DNA of 64,000 nt from Amoebophrya sp. A120. Lineage: Eukaryota > Protista > Dinoflagellata. The first letter of the stretch is position 1. Each line of letters starts with the position of its first letter. Where the stretch lies: NCBI GenBank assembly GCA_905178155.1, contig CAJINV010000003.1, positions 6,043,985 to 6,107,984 on the forward strand, in the 5' to 3' direction. The notes beneath the pieces are model-generated. The model saw only the letters and a list, made by a program, of their open reading frames with translations. It was not told the DNA's origin and made no database searches. Of the stretch, positions 1 to 11,543 are shown in pieces. The position numbers were made by a program, and so were the translations under genes.

Positions 1-2133
1 GGCTCTCCAGCGCTTTCTTTTCTTCGAGAATCTCGCGAACCTGTGATCAGACACGAAAACCTGCACAAGGTCACATGAAAATATTATTAATATCTAGCAA
101 ATAAAGGAAAAGGCTCCTCCCATGCAGTCGCCACGCACAAACTATGAGTGGCGGATATAGGCGAAGAAGCTGCAAAGATGGAAGCACGCGGGCGAGGACG
201 AGGAGGCGCAAAAAGCAGTTCAAAAACGCGAAATATCTATACCAACTTGCCATGACCGCCTTCGTCCTGAATGTTGTAATTTCCGACGGTGCCCGTCGTT
301 GCGGATGTTGGAAGACGAACTCCCTGCTCCTCTTCTTCCTCATCTTGTTCGTCATCCGCAATAATTTGTACGGGTGGGCCACCAGTCGTTGGCGTTGGCT
401 CAACTGCTTTCTTGACCTTTTAGATTTGGATTTTATCCACTGCAGAGTACTACTAGGAGGGTGGAGGTGCTGTTCCTCGCTTTCGCTTGTCTATATAAAG
501 TCATAACGTAACCTAGCGCGAGGATGATATTAAGTAAGTAACAGACGAACAAACTAACACAAACAGGAACAGCTGTAGCGCGTCTCTTATACTCGGGGGG
601 GTTTTCGTCCGGCGGTCCGTGGCCTTTCGCGCGGCACCGGGGCAGGCTGCTGCTGCACCACTGGCTCTGGGCTTTTCTGTTGCTGTTCTGCGATGCGATG
701 CCTCTGGCCGGACTGGGCAGATGATGGTCGCGCCACTGTTTGAAGATGGAGACACGAAGTTCGTGAAAATGCAGCTTATGCACGTACATCACATCTAGCA
801 CTCCCACTCCCATTCTTGGGTTGGCTTGCTGCACGTTGCAACATCACAAAGAAACAGTATTGCGATCATTCTTTGCGTCAGTTAATATTACCTTCCGCAG
901 CCTGCTGCATTCGGACTGCCTCTGCTTGCTGTGCCTGCAGTCGTGCCTGTTCCGCTTCCTGAGTTTTGACGCAACTTTTCTCTACTTCCGTTGCATTAGT
1001 TTAGCTGGTGTAACTTGATGAATGTCAGCATTGACTATACTTACACAGCACGCATATCTTATGCCGGCAAGGTACAAAAATGAAAAGCAAAATCAAATAA
1101 ATGCCGACACGTGCTGTTCTATGGAAAAATAAGTACCAGTGATTGCTGCTTAATCCGTTCCTGCCGCTGTTGCTCCTCCATCATCTTTCTCTGTTGCTCT
1201 TCTTGCTCCCGTGCGGCGCGTCGATCGGGCGAGCCTCGCTGCATACCGGGGGATTTTTGCGTCGACGGAGACCCTCGCTTTTCCTTGGAGGAGGCTGGCG
1301 AATCCCGCTTCGGAGCTGCACTGCTGCTGGAGGGCTGCTCTGGCTGCGCGGGTGATGGTGGAGCGGGCGCTGCGGGCGGCGGTGCGGCAGCCTTTTTTGC
1401 CGGCTTGGAAATCGTAGTTTCGCCCCCCAAGACCTGTGAAAAAATAGCGAAACAATCCTGCGAAAACGCACAGGACATGCGGTACAACTTGCGTTAAACT
1501 TAAAGTGCAAGAAGATGAATCGTCGCTACCTGTTGCGCGAAACGATATCATGATGAAAACAACTACGAGAAACTTTATTGCGCCTCGTCGAGAAAAAAAT
1601 GAATTCAGTTACAATACGCGCTGCACTGCGGAGTTGCTGTTGGCCTTGTAGGAGGTTGCAGCAGCGTGCAGCTGGCACAGCCACGCGTTCGTTTTTTCGC
1701 ACTCGAGCCCGGCAACAATTTTGTTTGGTAGCACGTCGCACCCGTCTAGACCAGTAGCGAAGTAGGTGGCGGAAATGATTTTCGTGAGAAAATCGATCTT
1801 TGCATTTTTGTCCGTCATGCTGCCCGCGTCCTGCTCCGCCTCAGTGAACAAATTGTTCGCAAACCCGGTCACTCGAATCACCTCCATCACCTTCAGGCAG
1901 GAGTTAATCAATCTTGCTCTTCTGATGCTAGTAGTATGATCTGTTTGCAAGCGCACTGAAACCAGCGACAGCATGCATGGAAAATCGATTTAATGAATTT
2001 TGATATGAAAAGTAAGTACTATGTCGTGGAGAAACCGGAAGGGCGGTTTTTTCAGGTACTTCTCGGTCATTTTCGGCTTGGTGATCAGAGAGCCGATCTT
2101 CTGCTGCGTCTCGGATACGTAGTCTCCTTCCAT
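1..2133 (-). CDS. IFT54: Intraflagellar transport protein IFT54 / TRAF3IP1 (MIP-T3), multi-exon, 3'-truncated by window edge
   Basis: ATG at 2133 gives [42 protein letters not shown] intron 1891-2019, then [10 protein letters not shown]...KIDFLTKII...[15 protein letters not shown] (IFT54 calponin-homology domain). Charged low-complexity middle exons follow, then GGHGKL|VREILEE near the left edge, matching the conserved HGxLV motif. Middle exon boundaries not fully resolved. Confidence 0.92.
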
Positions 2134-2828
2134 TTTTAAAGTTGCGTTTCTTCCTAGGACAGCTGCCTTGTTGGCCTGGAGGACGCGCGAGCGTTAGCAG
2201 GAAGCTCGAACTTTTGTTGGTTGCAGACCCAGATCCGTGGTCGTCGTGACAATTATCTCCAGCCGCACGACTTTGCCTTTGCGAAAGGTGCGCAGGAGCA
2301 GCTTGGTGCAGGTGCTACCAATGACCAGCTTAGCTTGAGCGGTCCGGTCGTTCGGCCACAGAGCTCGAGAAACGCAAGAACTTCTTGTTCTTTGCTTTTA
2401 TGTGGTCTGCGGCCTCATATTTTGTCTTTTTAGTGTAACTCTTGCAGATACACTTTCATTTCATTCGCAACTCTCAAGACGCAGATACGATCATGCGCTC
2501 AAGAAATAGAAATCTCTCGAAAGTTCAGGCTGACCTCACAGTGAAAGACGTGTTCGCTCTTGCACTTCTTGCCTCCTCGTACGTTCGCCTCCATGCTCAT
2601 TCTTGATGCGCTTGCGTGTCACAACTACTCGAGGACTACACGACGCTCTAACACAGGCGTGCCGGCAAGGCACTGTAGTGCGCGAGTAGGTGGAGGAGGA
2701 GGACGTACAGTAAGTAGAACAGCTCCCAGAAGGAGAAGACAGCATCAACAACACTAAAGATTGCATTCACATCATATCCAGCTGAAGTGAAAGTTCGCTT
2801 GCTTCTTTGCAAAAAAACAGCACACACT

Positions 2829-3596
2829 TTAAATGAATCCACCACAAATTGCCGTGGTGCTACTGGATCTAGAACCTCGTCCTGTGACTGTTGATGAAAG
2901 CTTCGCGCAGGAGTCTTCTGCACGTCGTTTTCCTTTTCTAAAAACCCTCGTCTCTTCTTCAACATTTTTAGTCCGAGCGCCAACTCGGCATTGCGTAGCG
3001 CGGCGAAAAGGGAGAACGTCATCATCTTGCCTCTCCGTCTCCAGCCACCACTGCCGCGAATCGTTACGCGCTGTGCGTTTTCTCTCCTGGCGGTTTTCAT
3101 CAGCTACTTCATCTGGCTGCTGGTGTGCACGACTACAATTGGTGTCCGCGGTTCCGAATCCAATACCTGCTCCGGGACCACTACAGCCACTGACGCCGAA
3201 GAACGAGGAAGAAAAGGCAGCCACGGCCGCCGGCGGGAGTAACAAACCTGCGAGTGGCATACAGGACGCTTTCACGAAAGGGCTGGGCCCCATTTCCAAA
3301 ATCGGTCGTTCGTTTGCGGTGTATGGACTTCGGACGCCCTGTTCCTCGAGAGTCGCCATGGCACGCGCCGACTGCACCGCCCGATTCGCGATGTTGACCG
3401 CCAGGTTGCCCGTTCGTTCCGCGATACGGCTTGCATTCATCGCACGGGTTACCGCCGCGACTGCCTGCTTCTGCGCACTCAGCATCTCTTCAAAGTTCGC
3501 TGCGTTGATCAGTCCCTCCGTGCCCTGGCCCATCTGGGCGCCAAACGTCGTCACACCGTTGGCCGAAGCCAACATCTGATAGGCTGGGTCCATCAT
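2829..3596 (-). CDS. Hypothetical protein with Ala-rich amphipathic helix (255 aa)
   Basis: ATG-initiated ORF, same strand as neighbours, coding-like N-terminal half (AQKQAVAAVTRAMNASRIAERTGNLAVNIANRAVQSARAMA). No family recognised; 3' part could be spliced differently. Confidence 0.55.
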   Translation of the reverse strand: MMDPAYQMLASANGVTTFGAQMGQGTEGLINAANFEEMLSAQKQAVAAVTRAMNASRIAERTGNLAVNIANRAVQSARAMATLEEQGVRSPYTANERPILEMGPSPFVKASCMPLAGLLLPPAAVAAFSSSFFGVSGCSGPGAGIGFGTADTNCSRAHQQPDEVADENRQERKRTARNDSRQWWLETERQDDDVLPFRRATQCRVGARTKNVEEETRVFRKGKRRAEDSCAKLSSTVTGRGSRSSSTTAICGGFI

Positions 3597-4546
3597 CTTT
3601 TTTGGCTAGATGGTCGTGGGAGGGCTGCTGTCGAGTGGAAAGCAATACCACTCTGGTGAGCGATAAATTCGAATGATTTTCGAGTCGAAACGGAAACGAC
3701 CCGAGGAATTTTGTGCTTTATTGTTCTTCACGCAAAGCATTTATACGAAAACGAATAAGAAAGTCCAAATTAGGCTGTTCGTACTTTACACTTCCTGTCG
3801 TGGTACAACACAGAAGGAAACTAATAGCGCCGAGTTGAGTTCCAAAAAGCAAAGCACGACTCGGACGCGAGCTTTGTGTCCTTGCAAAGCGAGTTTCTTA
3901 CCACGAATAAGCGAAGCTCGTCCTAAATGTCGGCAATAGACATCTTCGTAATCTCCACCGAGGGGGTATGAATCTGGTCGAAAAATGTGTTTATGACGCA
4001 GATTCGAAGATGGTCATTGACCATTTTTTCATCAGCACGACTACGATATTCACGATCGATGTTATCCACGATCTCAGTCGATTACGATTCTTCTCAAAAC
4101 AAAGGAACATGATACCCACGACAGCAACACTGAGGAGAGCTCCACCAGGTGATAAAATTCAGGATTAAACTGATACCCTTGCTGTACCTCGTTGTATCCA
4201 CAGTGCTGGTCGAAGGCAGTTTCTTCAGGCTGCGCACAGGAGCAAATACTCAGCTCTTTTTTGTTGAAACTGATTGGTCCGAAAGAACTAGAGATTGTTC
4301 ACATTGGTTTTGCAATGAGCGGAAATTTCCGAGCAGTTCGTTGTACGTCATCAATGCTACTAGGCAGAAAGGGAGAGATAAGTTCATTTGTATAAAAAGA
4401 TTTGGATTTTGTATACTTACTTTTACTACATAAGCTACTGGATTTTTTCAATATAAAAACAACGAAACCATTCGAAACCAAGCACAAAAAGACGAGAAGC
4501 GAAATGTTTTTTGTATCCGAGTGAGTCTATCTCTATCTCGTCTTCG

Positions 4547-5507
4547 TCATAAGAACGGAGACACAGGTCCTGGAGACGTGGCCCCATCAATGTCGTCTCC
4601 GGAAGCACCGCCAATGAGCAATCCATCGGCTGTGGCTCTGCCCCCGCCTGCCGTTTTGCACTTACTGGTGCTGCGATTTTCCTGCTCCTTGTCTTTCGCA
4701 TTTCTCCTGCCGTTCCCGCTCCGTTTTGTCTTGTACGTGTTTGATGCACTTTTTCCAGTTGCGCTTACACACTTCTGGTGCTGCTCGCTTGCAAGATTCG
4801 CGGGCATGCTTCTCGCGGTATTCATGTGCTGCAGGAGACCGTCGTGTGGAGATCCTAGGCACAGCGCATTAACGTCGGTCACCCCACTCATTGCGGCTGC
4901 AATAAAGTTTTTCAAATTTATATTTCAAAGGTAAATGTTCACATTCCGTTTTTTCGTTTTCTGTCTCGGACGCATTCTCAAAATCCTGTTCCTACCTGGT
5001 AGGAACAGGATTTTGAGAATGTGTCTGGTAAATCTAAATCGTGCCCAGCCCCATGAGGACGATAAAACCAAAAAAGTCAAACTTAAATCAGGAATAGTTT
5101 TAGTCATACATAGTTGTCGAAAAAGCAACTCCAACTGTGTTACCCATTCCCTGCGCCGCGGTGGTCGCGGGTGTTTGCATCCCGAAGGGAGTAGCTTCGG
5201 TGAGCGGGGGTCCTGTGGCTTTCTGGTTCATGATGAGCATCACCGCTTGCTGAACCGCGGCCGTTGCGGCCGACAGCGCATTTTGTGCCGTGTTCGCAGC
5301 AACCCAGGCTCGATCGTTTGCACTCGCCGCCTGACGCAGCGTGTTGTACAGATCATCGGTCTTGAAGGGTGGAGAATACCCTTGGCTGTTGATGCCAGTA
5401 GCAAAAGACGGGATCCCATTGAAACTTGTCGCTGCGTGATGGTGGTGCTCGTGCTGAGCAGCCTGAAGATGGTCGGAAAACAGAAGTTTCATCACGCCAC
5501 CCGCCAT
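4547..5507 (-). CDS. Hypothetical Ala-rich protein, two-exon model (~237 aa)
   Basis: Exon 5507-5144 (MAGGVMKLL...AASANDRAWVAANTAQNALSAATAAVQQAV...QGM) joins in frame through a GT-AG intron (4897-5143) to exon 4896-4547 (AAMSGVTDVNALCLG...VSPFL*). Model not unique. Confidence 0.5.
4969..5025. repeat. Near-perfect palindrome, 28-bp arms, 1-nt loop
   Basis: gacgcattctcaaaatcctgttcctacc-t-ggtaggaacaggattttgagaatgtgtc. The inner 24 bp are perfect, with one mismatch in the outer 4. Lies in the predicted intron 4897-5143. Confidence 0.95.
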
Positions 5508-6036
5508 TTATTATGTTGCTTTTGTCGCGTCTAGGTCGTCTACCTCAACCTCTTTTTATCTGTGCTACGAAGTCGCTTCTTCAGCCTTGTGGGTTCAAAT
5601 CGCGATCATGTCTCGTCTATTGTTCTGTTCTTTGTCCTTGTCCTCGATATATGAATGAGCCATATGAGTCATTCGTCACAACTACCACTCCTCTGAGAAC
5701 CGACTCCTCACGAATCACGCCTGAGTCTGACAGACTCAAAAATATGTCGAAGTTTAGTAGTAAGTTCTAGTTGCACTTGCAGGGTCGCTCAACAAGCACA
5801 ATGCATGCATGCTTACCGGCCCTTCTTGCTCTCCTGTCTTTCGAGTTGGTGCTAGTCGGCGATCGAATACGGGAATCGAGGCGGAGGCACATAGTGAGGT
5901 GTGACAAAATCACTTTACGTTAACGATCAAGATTATGAGGAGGAACACGAAAGCACGAAGCCTATTTCTATATGATACTGGATAGCGACTGATCGCCCGC
6001 AGCAAGCCAATGCTTGAGGGCCCAAATTCGTACATT

Positions 6037-9000
6037 TCATGCACACGACGCTGCCGGCGGCGAAAATGTGATTCTGTGCAGCTCAGCTTGTGTTCTCTGC
6101 TTTTTCTGGAAGCAGTAGGCGTAGTACCAGTGTGCAAAGCGGCGCTTCAGCGCGAGTTTTTGGACCAATGTTGTTTCGGTCGCGAAGCGACGAGACAACA
6201 AGTGGAACCAGGCGCGCAACACTTGTTGGCGCGTGTTGAAGTTTCGGCGCCATGAGCGGTATTTGCCTCCGAGAATGCACCACCAGTACCAGATTCGAAG
6301 AAACTTGTGCTCGAGCCGAAGTCGCGCGTTCCTAACGAAACCGCGAAACGCGGGACGAAGAAACGCATTTTGGCAGGTCGTTTTTCGGTAGAACCTGGCG
6401 ACTTGCAGCTTCTGCTTCTGGGAAAAAAGACGATACTTCTGCAGCTTTCTGAAGCACTTGATTATCGTTTGTTTTTCCTGCCACTCCACCGCAACCCGCC
6501 ACTGCAGCCGGCGCACGTGCTTCCACATCTGCAGAGTTATTTTAAGGAGGTCCACCGCCTCCTCGAACCTGCGCTTGCTCGCTATCTTCTGCTCGATGAA
6601 GAACCCAGCCAAGTTGCGCCACTCGCGTAGCCGAAACACCGCGGGGATGATGTAGAGCCGCCACGTCTGCAGCGCGCTCCAATTGTGGAGCAGACGACAG
6701 GCCGCCGCGTGCCTTCGCGCTAGAAGCCAGTAGCGAAAGAACCGCTTTCTTGCGATTCTGGTCGGCGATAACACCGTCCAAGAGGGTGGGGGACACACCT
6801 GCTCGGTTGTATGTTGCCCCGGATCCTCGAAGTAGATGTCGTCCTCGTTCTCTTCTGGTGGGCGTTCTTGCACGTAGACGACCTGCTGTTCTCCGAATTG
6901 CGCAAGCAGCCGCATCCCTGCGCTGGTGTCTAGCCACGCCTCGTGCTCCGCGCTGAGCGGCGAGGCACTTCGGAAGGCGAAAAAGCTGGCTGCGGTACTT
7001 GACGAAGCGCCCCCGGCTGCCTTGGAGTTGGAATTTTGCCGGTTCTTGTTGCCCGCTTCATTGACACCGAAAAGCGAAGCGCGCAGTTCCACAGCGACCA
7101 CGGGCCAAGGAGCTTTACACACGCCTTCTTTCTTGGGTGGCGCCTCATCACAGTTCTCGTCGTAGAAATGTCGTTCACGGCGCGCGATACTGCGGTCGGG
7201 AGATTCGAAGCGGACGCGCAGCTCCTCTTTTCGTGACCCGTCAGAGAGCCTCCGACTGGACCTTGTGCCTTGCTTGCGAATTGGAGTCAACACCGGCGAG
7301 ACTGAGGAAAACCGCTGCTGCTTCTGCTGCGAATTTGGCGCGGGGTCAAAGAGGTAGTGATCTAAATGCGGACGTTTTCGGAAGCTGCCTGCAGTGTCGG
7401 TGAGTTTGTCTTCCTGGTCGTCCCTGCTGGATTCGGCAGCTACATCGTGTTCGAAACTTACCAAGGTCTTTCTTTCACGCCAAGAGACTGCGTCCTTGGC
7501 TCGCAGGCGTGCAAACCAGAGATCTAGCTTCTCAGCGAAAAACTTTCTGCGGTGGGCGAGAAAGAGCCAATGCCCCATGAGTGTCCGCTTGAATCGCGTG
7601 CGTTGGCGATCGCGCGACATCCGAATGCGTTCTTCGTAGGAGCATGCGATCCGCCAGCGGAAAAACGTCTCGCCTTTTCGCTTCCAGCGAGTGAACCCAT
7701 CGAGCATGACTCCGGACTTCCTCATTCGCTTCCACTTAGGTGTGAGTTTCGCCCAAGACCGCAACGCTTTCTGTCGCAGGAACGCATCTTCCTTCTCGGA
7801 AAAAACTTTGTGCAATTTCTGTGCGGCTGCACGCCAGTGGGCCAGGATGCAGAGGTCGCGCTCCGCGCGATGCGCCAGCATGCTGCGCTCCAGGATTCGC
7901 TCCACAACGCGCGCGCGGCGAACATAATTCGCCCATACGTGAAAGTGCAGCATCCACACGGCCAGCTTGAAGTTCTCATCGGTGCTGTTCACGTGTTTCG
8001 CTGGCTTCCGCCACACAGGTTCCTTCGTCTGGTACTGCTTCCGCGTGTTTTGCCCGCTGTCCTTCTTCTTGCCCCCCGGTGCCCAGGCAGTAGGCTGTAG
8101 CAGGCCGGTGCTTCTGTTGTTCCTTACCCAGAAGAACCGGACCCGCAGCCTGCGCTCGCGCGCAAAGGCCGCCCACAGCCGCCGGAACTCCGTGGCCGAG
8201 ACGAGGTCTAGCTGTTGCAACTCTGTCATGCGGTCCGCCCGCAAGTCGGCGAGGAAGGTCGCGGTGGGTGGAAACAGGTCGTCGATCGGCGAAGAATCCG
8301 GCGGCGCCTCCAGGCTGTGATCCTCGGAGGAGTCCCCAGGCACGCGGAGTTTCCCCCTTTCGTCCGGCCCGGAGTGGTCGCGTCGCTCAAACTTTCCGGG
8401 CGACTCCGAGAACATTGCGCGCTCCGTGGCCGGGAGCGATCGCCGCGCAAGCACAAAAGGCGAGAGCACCGGCGACGTCGTGCTGTCCTCCTCTTTGCTT
8501 TCCCGCAGCCGAACGACATCTTCTCGCTCTCCACTGGTGCTTGCATGTTGTAACAATTTTTGAGCTCGTCCATCGGCCGCAGCAGGAAGAATTTCCTCAC
8601 TCTCTTCAGCTCCCACCGACGAGACCGAAGAACTGCGTTCTTTTCGGCTGGCAAGCACGTGGTCGCGCGTGTACGGAGAAAGGTGTGTCGGGAACGGGTG
8701 CTTGCGGTGGACGCGCGTGTCGTCGCCCCAGATGGAGCCCAAGTCATGGTGCTTGTCAAAAGCGGTATGAACGGGGCGTACGCCGGGAGGCTTTCGTGGA
8801 CCTGCTGAAGGAGAATAAGCTTTGCCAGCATGATCCCCGCGGCCCTCGAGGTTGTTTGTGGTGAAGGAGAACTCGCTGTCTTGTTGTTCCCCAGCAGAGA
8901 GTAGCTCCTCATTGTTCGTAGCAGTCTCCGCGGAAAATAGCGAAAGAACGCTATTTGTAGTTCCGCCCTTGGTCGAGAAGAAGATCGGTACATCAATGTC

Positions 9001-10527
9001 CGCTAGCCGCTCCTCTTGCTCCATGGTTACATCGTGCTCACGAAGGGCATTGTCGCCCTTCGAAGTTCGAGGCGAAGGATAAAAATGCATCACAGCTTCG
9101 TTCTTCAGGGGCATTTTCGCCGGGCTTGGCTTCGGAGCGGGAGGCAACTGTGGCTGTAGTTCTTCCTCCGAGTCTGCGTTCCTACTTTGCTCCATCGCAG
9201 CGTCAGCAATCCAGAAGATGCGCTGCTCAACACTGCTCTTGCGCTTCTTGTTCTCCTTTTCGGCAGCTCGACGGTTAGGTAGATCATACCTGTTGTTTCT
9301 GTGACTGTGTTGAGTGTGAACTGCAACCGATGAGGAAGAGGAGCTTCGTCTGGCAAATTCAGCGTCCGGAGTTGGCTTTGGCGCTCGTGCGCGCGAAGCG
9401 GATTTCGTTAATCGCGGTTTCTTCTTTTTCGTAGTACTGGACGCAGATGACGGAGCTCCCTTCATCGGCGAAGAGCTAGTAGGTACTACGATGCTTGCGC
9501 GCGGTGTCGCGACTGGCGACAGAGGCACAGGCTGCGTTGCTAGTGGCAGTTCTTCTCGCTGCGAGATGCGTTGGTCAGGCGAAAACTTTTTCCAGAAAAG
9601 CTGCGACTCATCCATGCTTCGCTTCAGTCGTGCGATCGCGGACGTAGAGGAACAACGGCGCGCTTCCTCAGCTGCTGTTCTTGACCAGGAGACGTAGTCG
9701 CTGGAGCGTGCTTGTCTTTTCCGCTTTCCTCGCGGCTCTGCTCTTCGGCGAAAGAAGTCGGAGACCGTGGGCACTTCGGGTGTCGTCCTAGGTGGGTTCG
9801 TTTCAACAGCCTCTAGTACTATCTTCCGTTGGTTGTCCTTGTCGTCCGCTTGCTCTGCTTGACGCGTCGTCTTTTTGCTTTTCTGGTGCTCCCTCCGCGA
9901 AATCTCCAACAAATTTCTGGTCGACCAGCTGAAAGTAGCCGAATTCCATTTCGTCATGGCTGGAGGTACAGCGGAAGCTGGGGTGTTCTTGCGGAGGGGT
10001 GGTCGCAGCGGCGGTGCTGCATAATGGCCAGCGCCGGCCCGATTGTGTAGCGGATGGGAGGTACTATAACGGAACTCATGTTCATCACGATCACCCAAGC
10101 GGAGATTCCTGCTATTTTCTCCCGTATCAAAACTTCTACCGAGGAAATACGCTTCATTTGGCGACCTCAATGGTTTATGTCCACCCGAGGCCGCACTTCT
10201 TTTCTTAGAAATCCATGTCGGCGCGTAGCAGGTCAAGACGTGCGATTTCCGTTCTCGTGCCCGCGCAGAATGCGCAGCAATCCTGCCTGCGCCTGGCGCC
10301 TTTCTTGGAGCGTAGATGTCTCCTTGCAGTATTTCGCCCCGAGTCGCAAATATTCTGCGGAGATCGTCTTCCGACACAGAAAAGGGAGCGGCACGCATCG
10401 GCGCATTGTTTTCCATGCGACTCCGCGCTGTCGGAGCGGGCGCAAAAATTTCTGCGGAATGTCGATGCACTTGTACTTGCGATGCGGCTTCGCTGCTCTC
10501 GCGACAGTCAGGTGGAGGAACCAGCAT
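6037..10527 (-). CDS. Large protein with Sfi1-like (centrin-binding) Trp repeats in the C-terminal half and a disordered N-terminal half (~1496 aa)
   Basis: 4.5-kb uninterrupted ORF, first ATG at 10527. Repeated basic helical units such as LHFHVWANYVR, ILAHWRAAA, ALRSWAKLT, FFRWRIAC, LMGHWLFLA, FFRYWLLA, LQMWKHV, FLRIWYWW, LRAWFHLL, RFAHWYYA resemble the Sfi1 repeat consensus (L/F-x-x-W-R/K). Confidence 0.65.
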   Translation of the reverse strand: MLVPPPDCRESSEAASQVQVHRHSAEIFAPAPTARSRMENNAPMRAAPFSVSEDDLRRIFATRGEILQGDIYAPRKAPGAGRIAAHSARARERKSHVLTCYAPTWISKKRSAASGGHKPLRSPNEAYFLGRSFDTGENSRNLRLGDRDEHEFRYSTSHPLHNRAGAGHYAAPPLRPPLRKNTPASAVPPAMTKWNSATFSWSTRNLLEISRREHQKSKKTTRQAEQADDKDNQRKIVLEAVETNPPRTTPEVPTVSDFFRRRAEPRGKRKRQARSSDYVSWSRTAAEEARRCSSTSAIARLKRSMDESQLFWKKFSPDQRISQREELPLATQPVPLSPVATPRASIVVPTSSSPMKGAPSSASSTTKKKKPRLTKSASRARAPKPTPDAEFARRSSSSSSVAVHTQHSHRNNRYDLPNRRAAEKENKKRKSSVEQRIFWIADAAMEQSRNADSEEELQPQLPPAPKPSPAKMPLKNEAVMHFYPSPRTSKGDNALREHDVTMEQEERLADIDVPIFFSTKGGTTNSVLSLFSAETATNNEELLSAGEQQDSEFSFTTNNLEGRGDHAGKAYSPSAGPRKPPGVRPVHTAFDKHHDLGSIWGDDTRVHRKHPFPTHLSPYTRDHVLASRKERSSSVSSVGAEESEEILPAAADGRAQKLLQHASTSGEREDVVRLRESKEEDSTTSPVLSPFVLARRSLPATERAMFSESPGKFERRDHSGPDERGKLRVPGDSSEDHSLEAPPDSSPIDDLFPPTATFLADLRADRMTELQQLDLVSATEFRRLWAAFARERRLRVRFFWVRNNRSTGLLQPTAWAPGGKKKDSGQNTRKQYQTKEPVWRKPAKHVNSTDENFKLAVWMLHFHVWANYVRRARVVERILERSMLAHRAERDLCILAHWRAAAQKLHKVFSEKEDAFLRQKALRSWAKLTPKWKRMRKSGVMLDGFTRWKRKGETFFRWRIACSYEERIRMSRDRQRTRFKRTLMGHWLFLAHRRKFFAEKLDLWFARLRAKDAVSWRERKTLVSFEHDVAAESSRDDQEDKLTDTAGSFRKRPHLDHYLFDPAPNSQQKQQRFSSVSPVLTPIRKQGTRSSRRLSDGSRKEELRVRFESPDRSIARRERHFYDENCDEAPPKKEGVCKAPWPVVAVELRASLFGVNEAGNKNRQNSNSKAAGGASSSTAASFFAFRSASPLSAEHEAWLDTSAGMRLLAQFGEQQVVYVQERPPEENEDDIYFEDPGQHTTEQVCPPPSWTVLSPTRIARKRFFRYWLLARRHAAACRLLHNWSALQTWRLYIIPAVFRLREWRNLAGFFIEQKIASKRRFEEAVDLLKITLQMWKHVRRLQWRVAVEWQEKQTIIKCFRKLQKYRLFSQKQKLQVARFYRKTTCQNAFLRPAFRGFVRNARLRLEHKFLRIWYWWCILGGKYRSWRRNFNTRQQVLRAWFHLLSRRFATETTLVQKLALKRRFAHWYYAYCFQKKQRTQAELHRITFSPPAASCA

Positions 10528-11543
10528 CGTTATTTGCACGGGTGGATGCTTTTTATTTCGCCCACGTCGACGTACTGGTACTATCGTCCAACTATATCAT
10601 GCATCACACGATCATCTTGCGCCAACAAATGTCACTGTCACAGGAAGAAACTTTAACTTACTTGGCAAACGACCTTTACTAGACTAATAATAATGACAGA
10701 CTTCTCACCTTCTTTCAACACAATCTCAAGGTACGCTTTGTGTGTGCTCTTTTGTCGAAATCTCTGTTCCTTCCCTCCAAACCACACTCTCATCGGTTGG
10801 CATTGGGACGAAAAAATAAGGATCGAAAGACAACAAAAAACAGTAAGTTACGAGCCAACTGCCGACGATCTGGATCTCATTTATTTCTTCGAAGCGAGAA
10901 ACAGAAACCACATCAGAGAAGCCGCTTAAACATCGCAATAAAGAAACACCTTTGAGATTCTTGCTGGAACGGTTTCCGGTTGGTCCGCTTTGAAATCCGA
11001 AAGAAGTTGCGAACAACCTTTGTCGCGCTATTGCTTTCCTTGCATTTGGCGACAGAGACAAGAAGTCCATCATCAGAAACGCCTTAGTTTTTGGAGTAAA
11101 ATCAAATTGAACGCTTTCGATGAACGTGCCTGATAGCAAGTACTCAACTCAATCAGCCGACTCACGGCCCAGACGAGATCTCGCATGCGACCATTTCTCC
11201 TTGTTCATGGATTCGCGCTCGCATTGTTCACAGGAGGTGCCTGGTCCTCTTCTTCTTCTGGGGCTGGCGCCGTAATCCCTAGCTCGGCATAGGATTTCGT
11301 CTGTAATCTTGAGCCTTCCTCCTCCCACTGCTGTATTCTGAGTCGGATCTGTGCTACCGCCTCGGCGCTGCAAGGCTGTTGAATTTTTTGTCATCATCAT
11401 GATAAGGGTCAACATAGCCTTTTTGGCCCTGGCTATCGTGGCTGTTGCTGTCGTAGGTGTTGAGAAAAATAAAACGTTTCGTGCTAAACGTAAAGCCTAA
11501 CCAAATGCAGCAAATGACCTCTTTTTTTACATCATCAAAAAAA

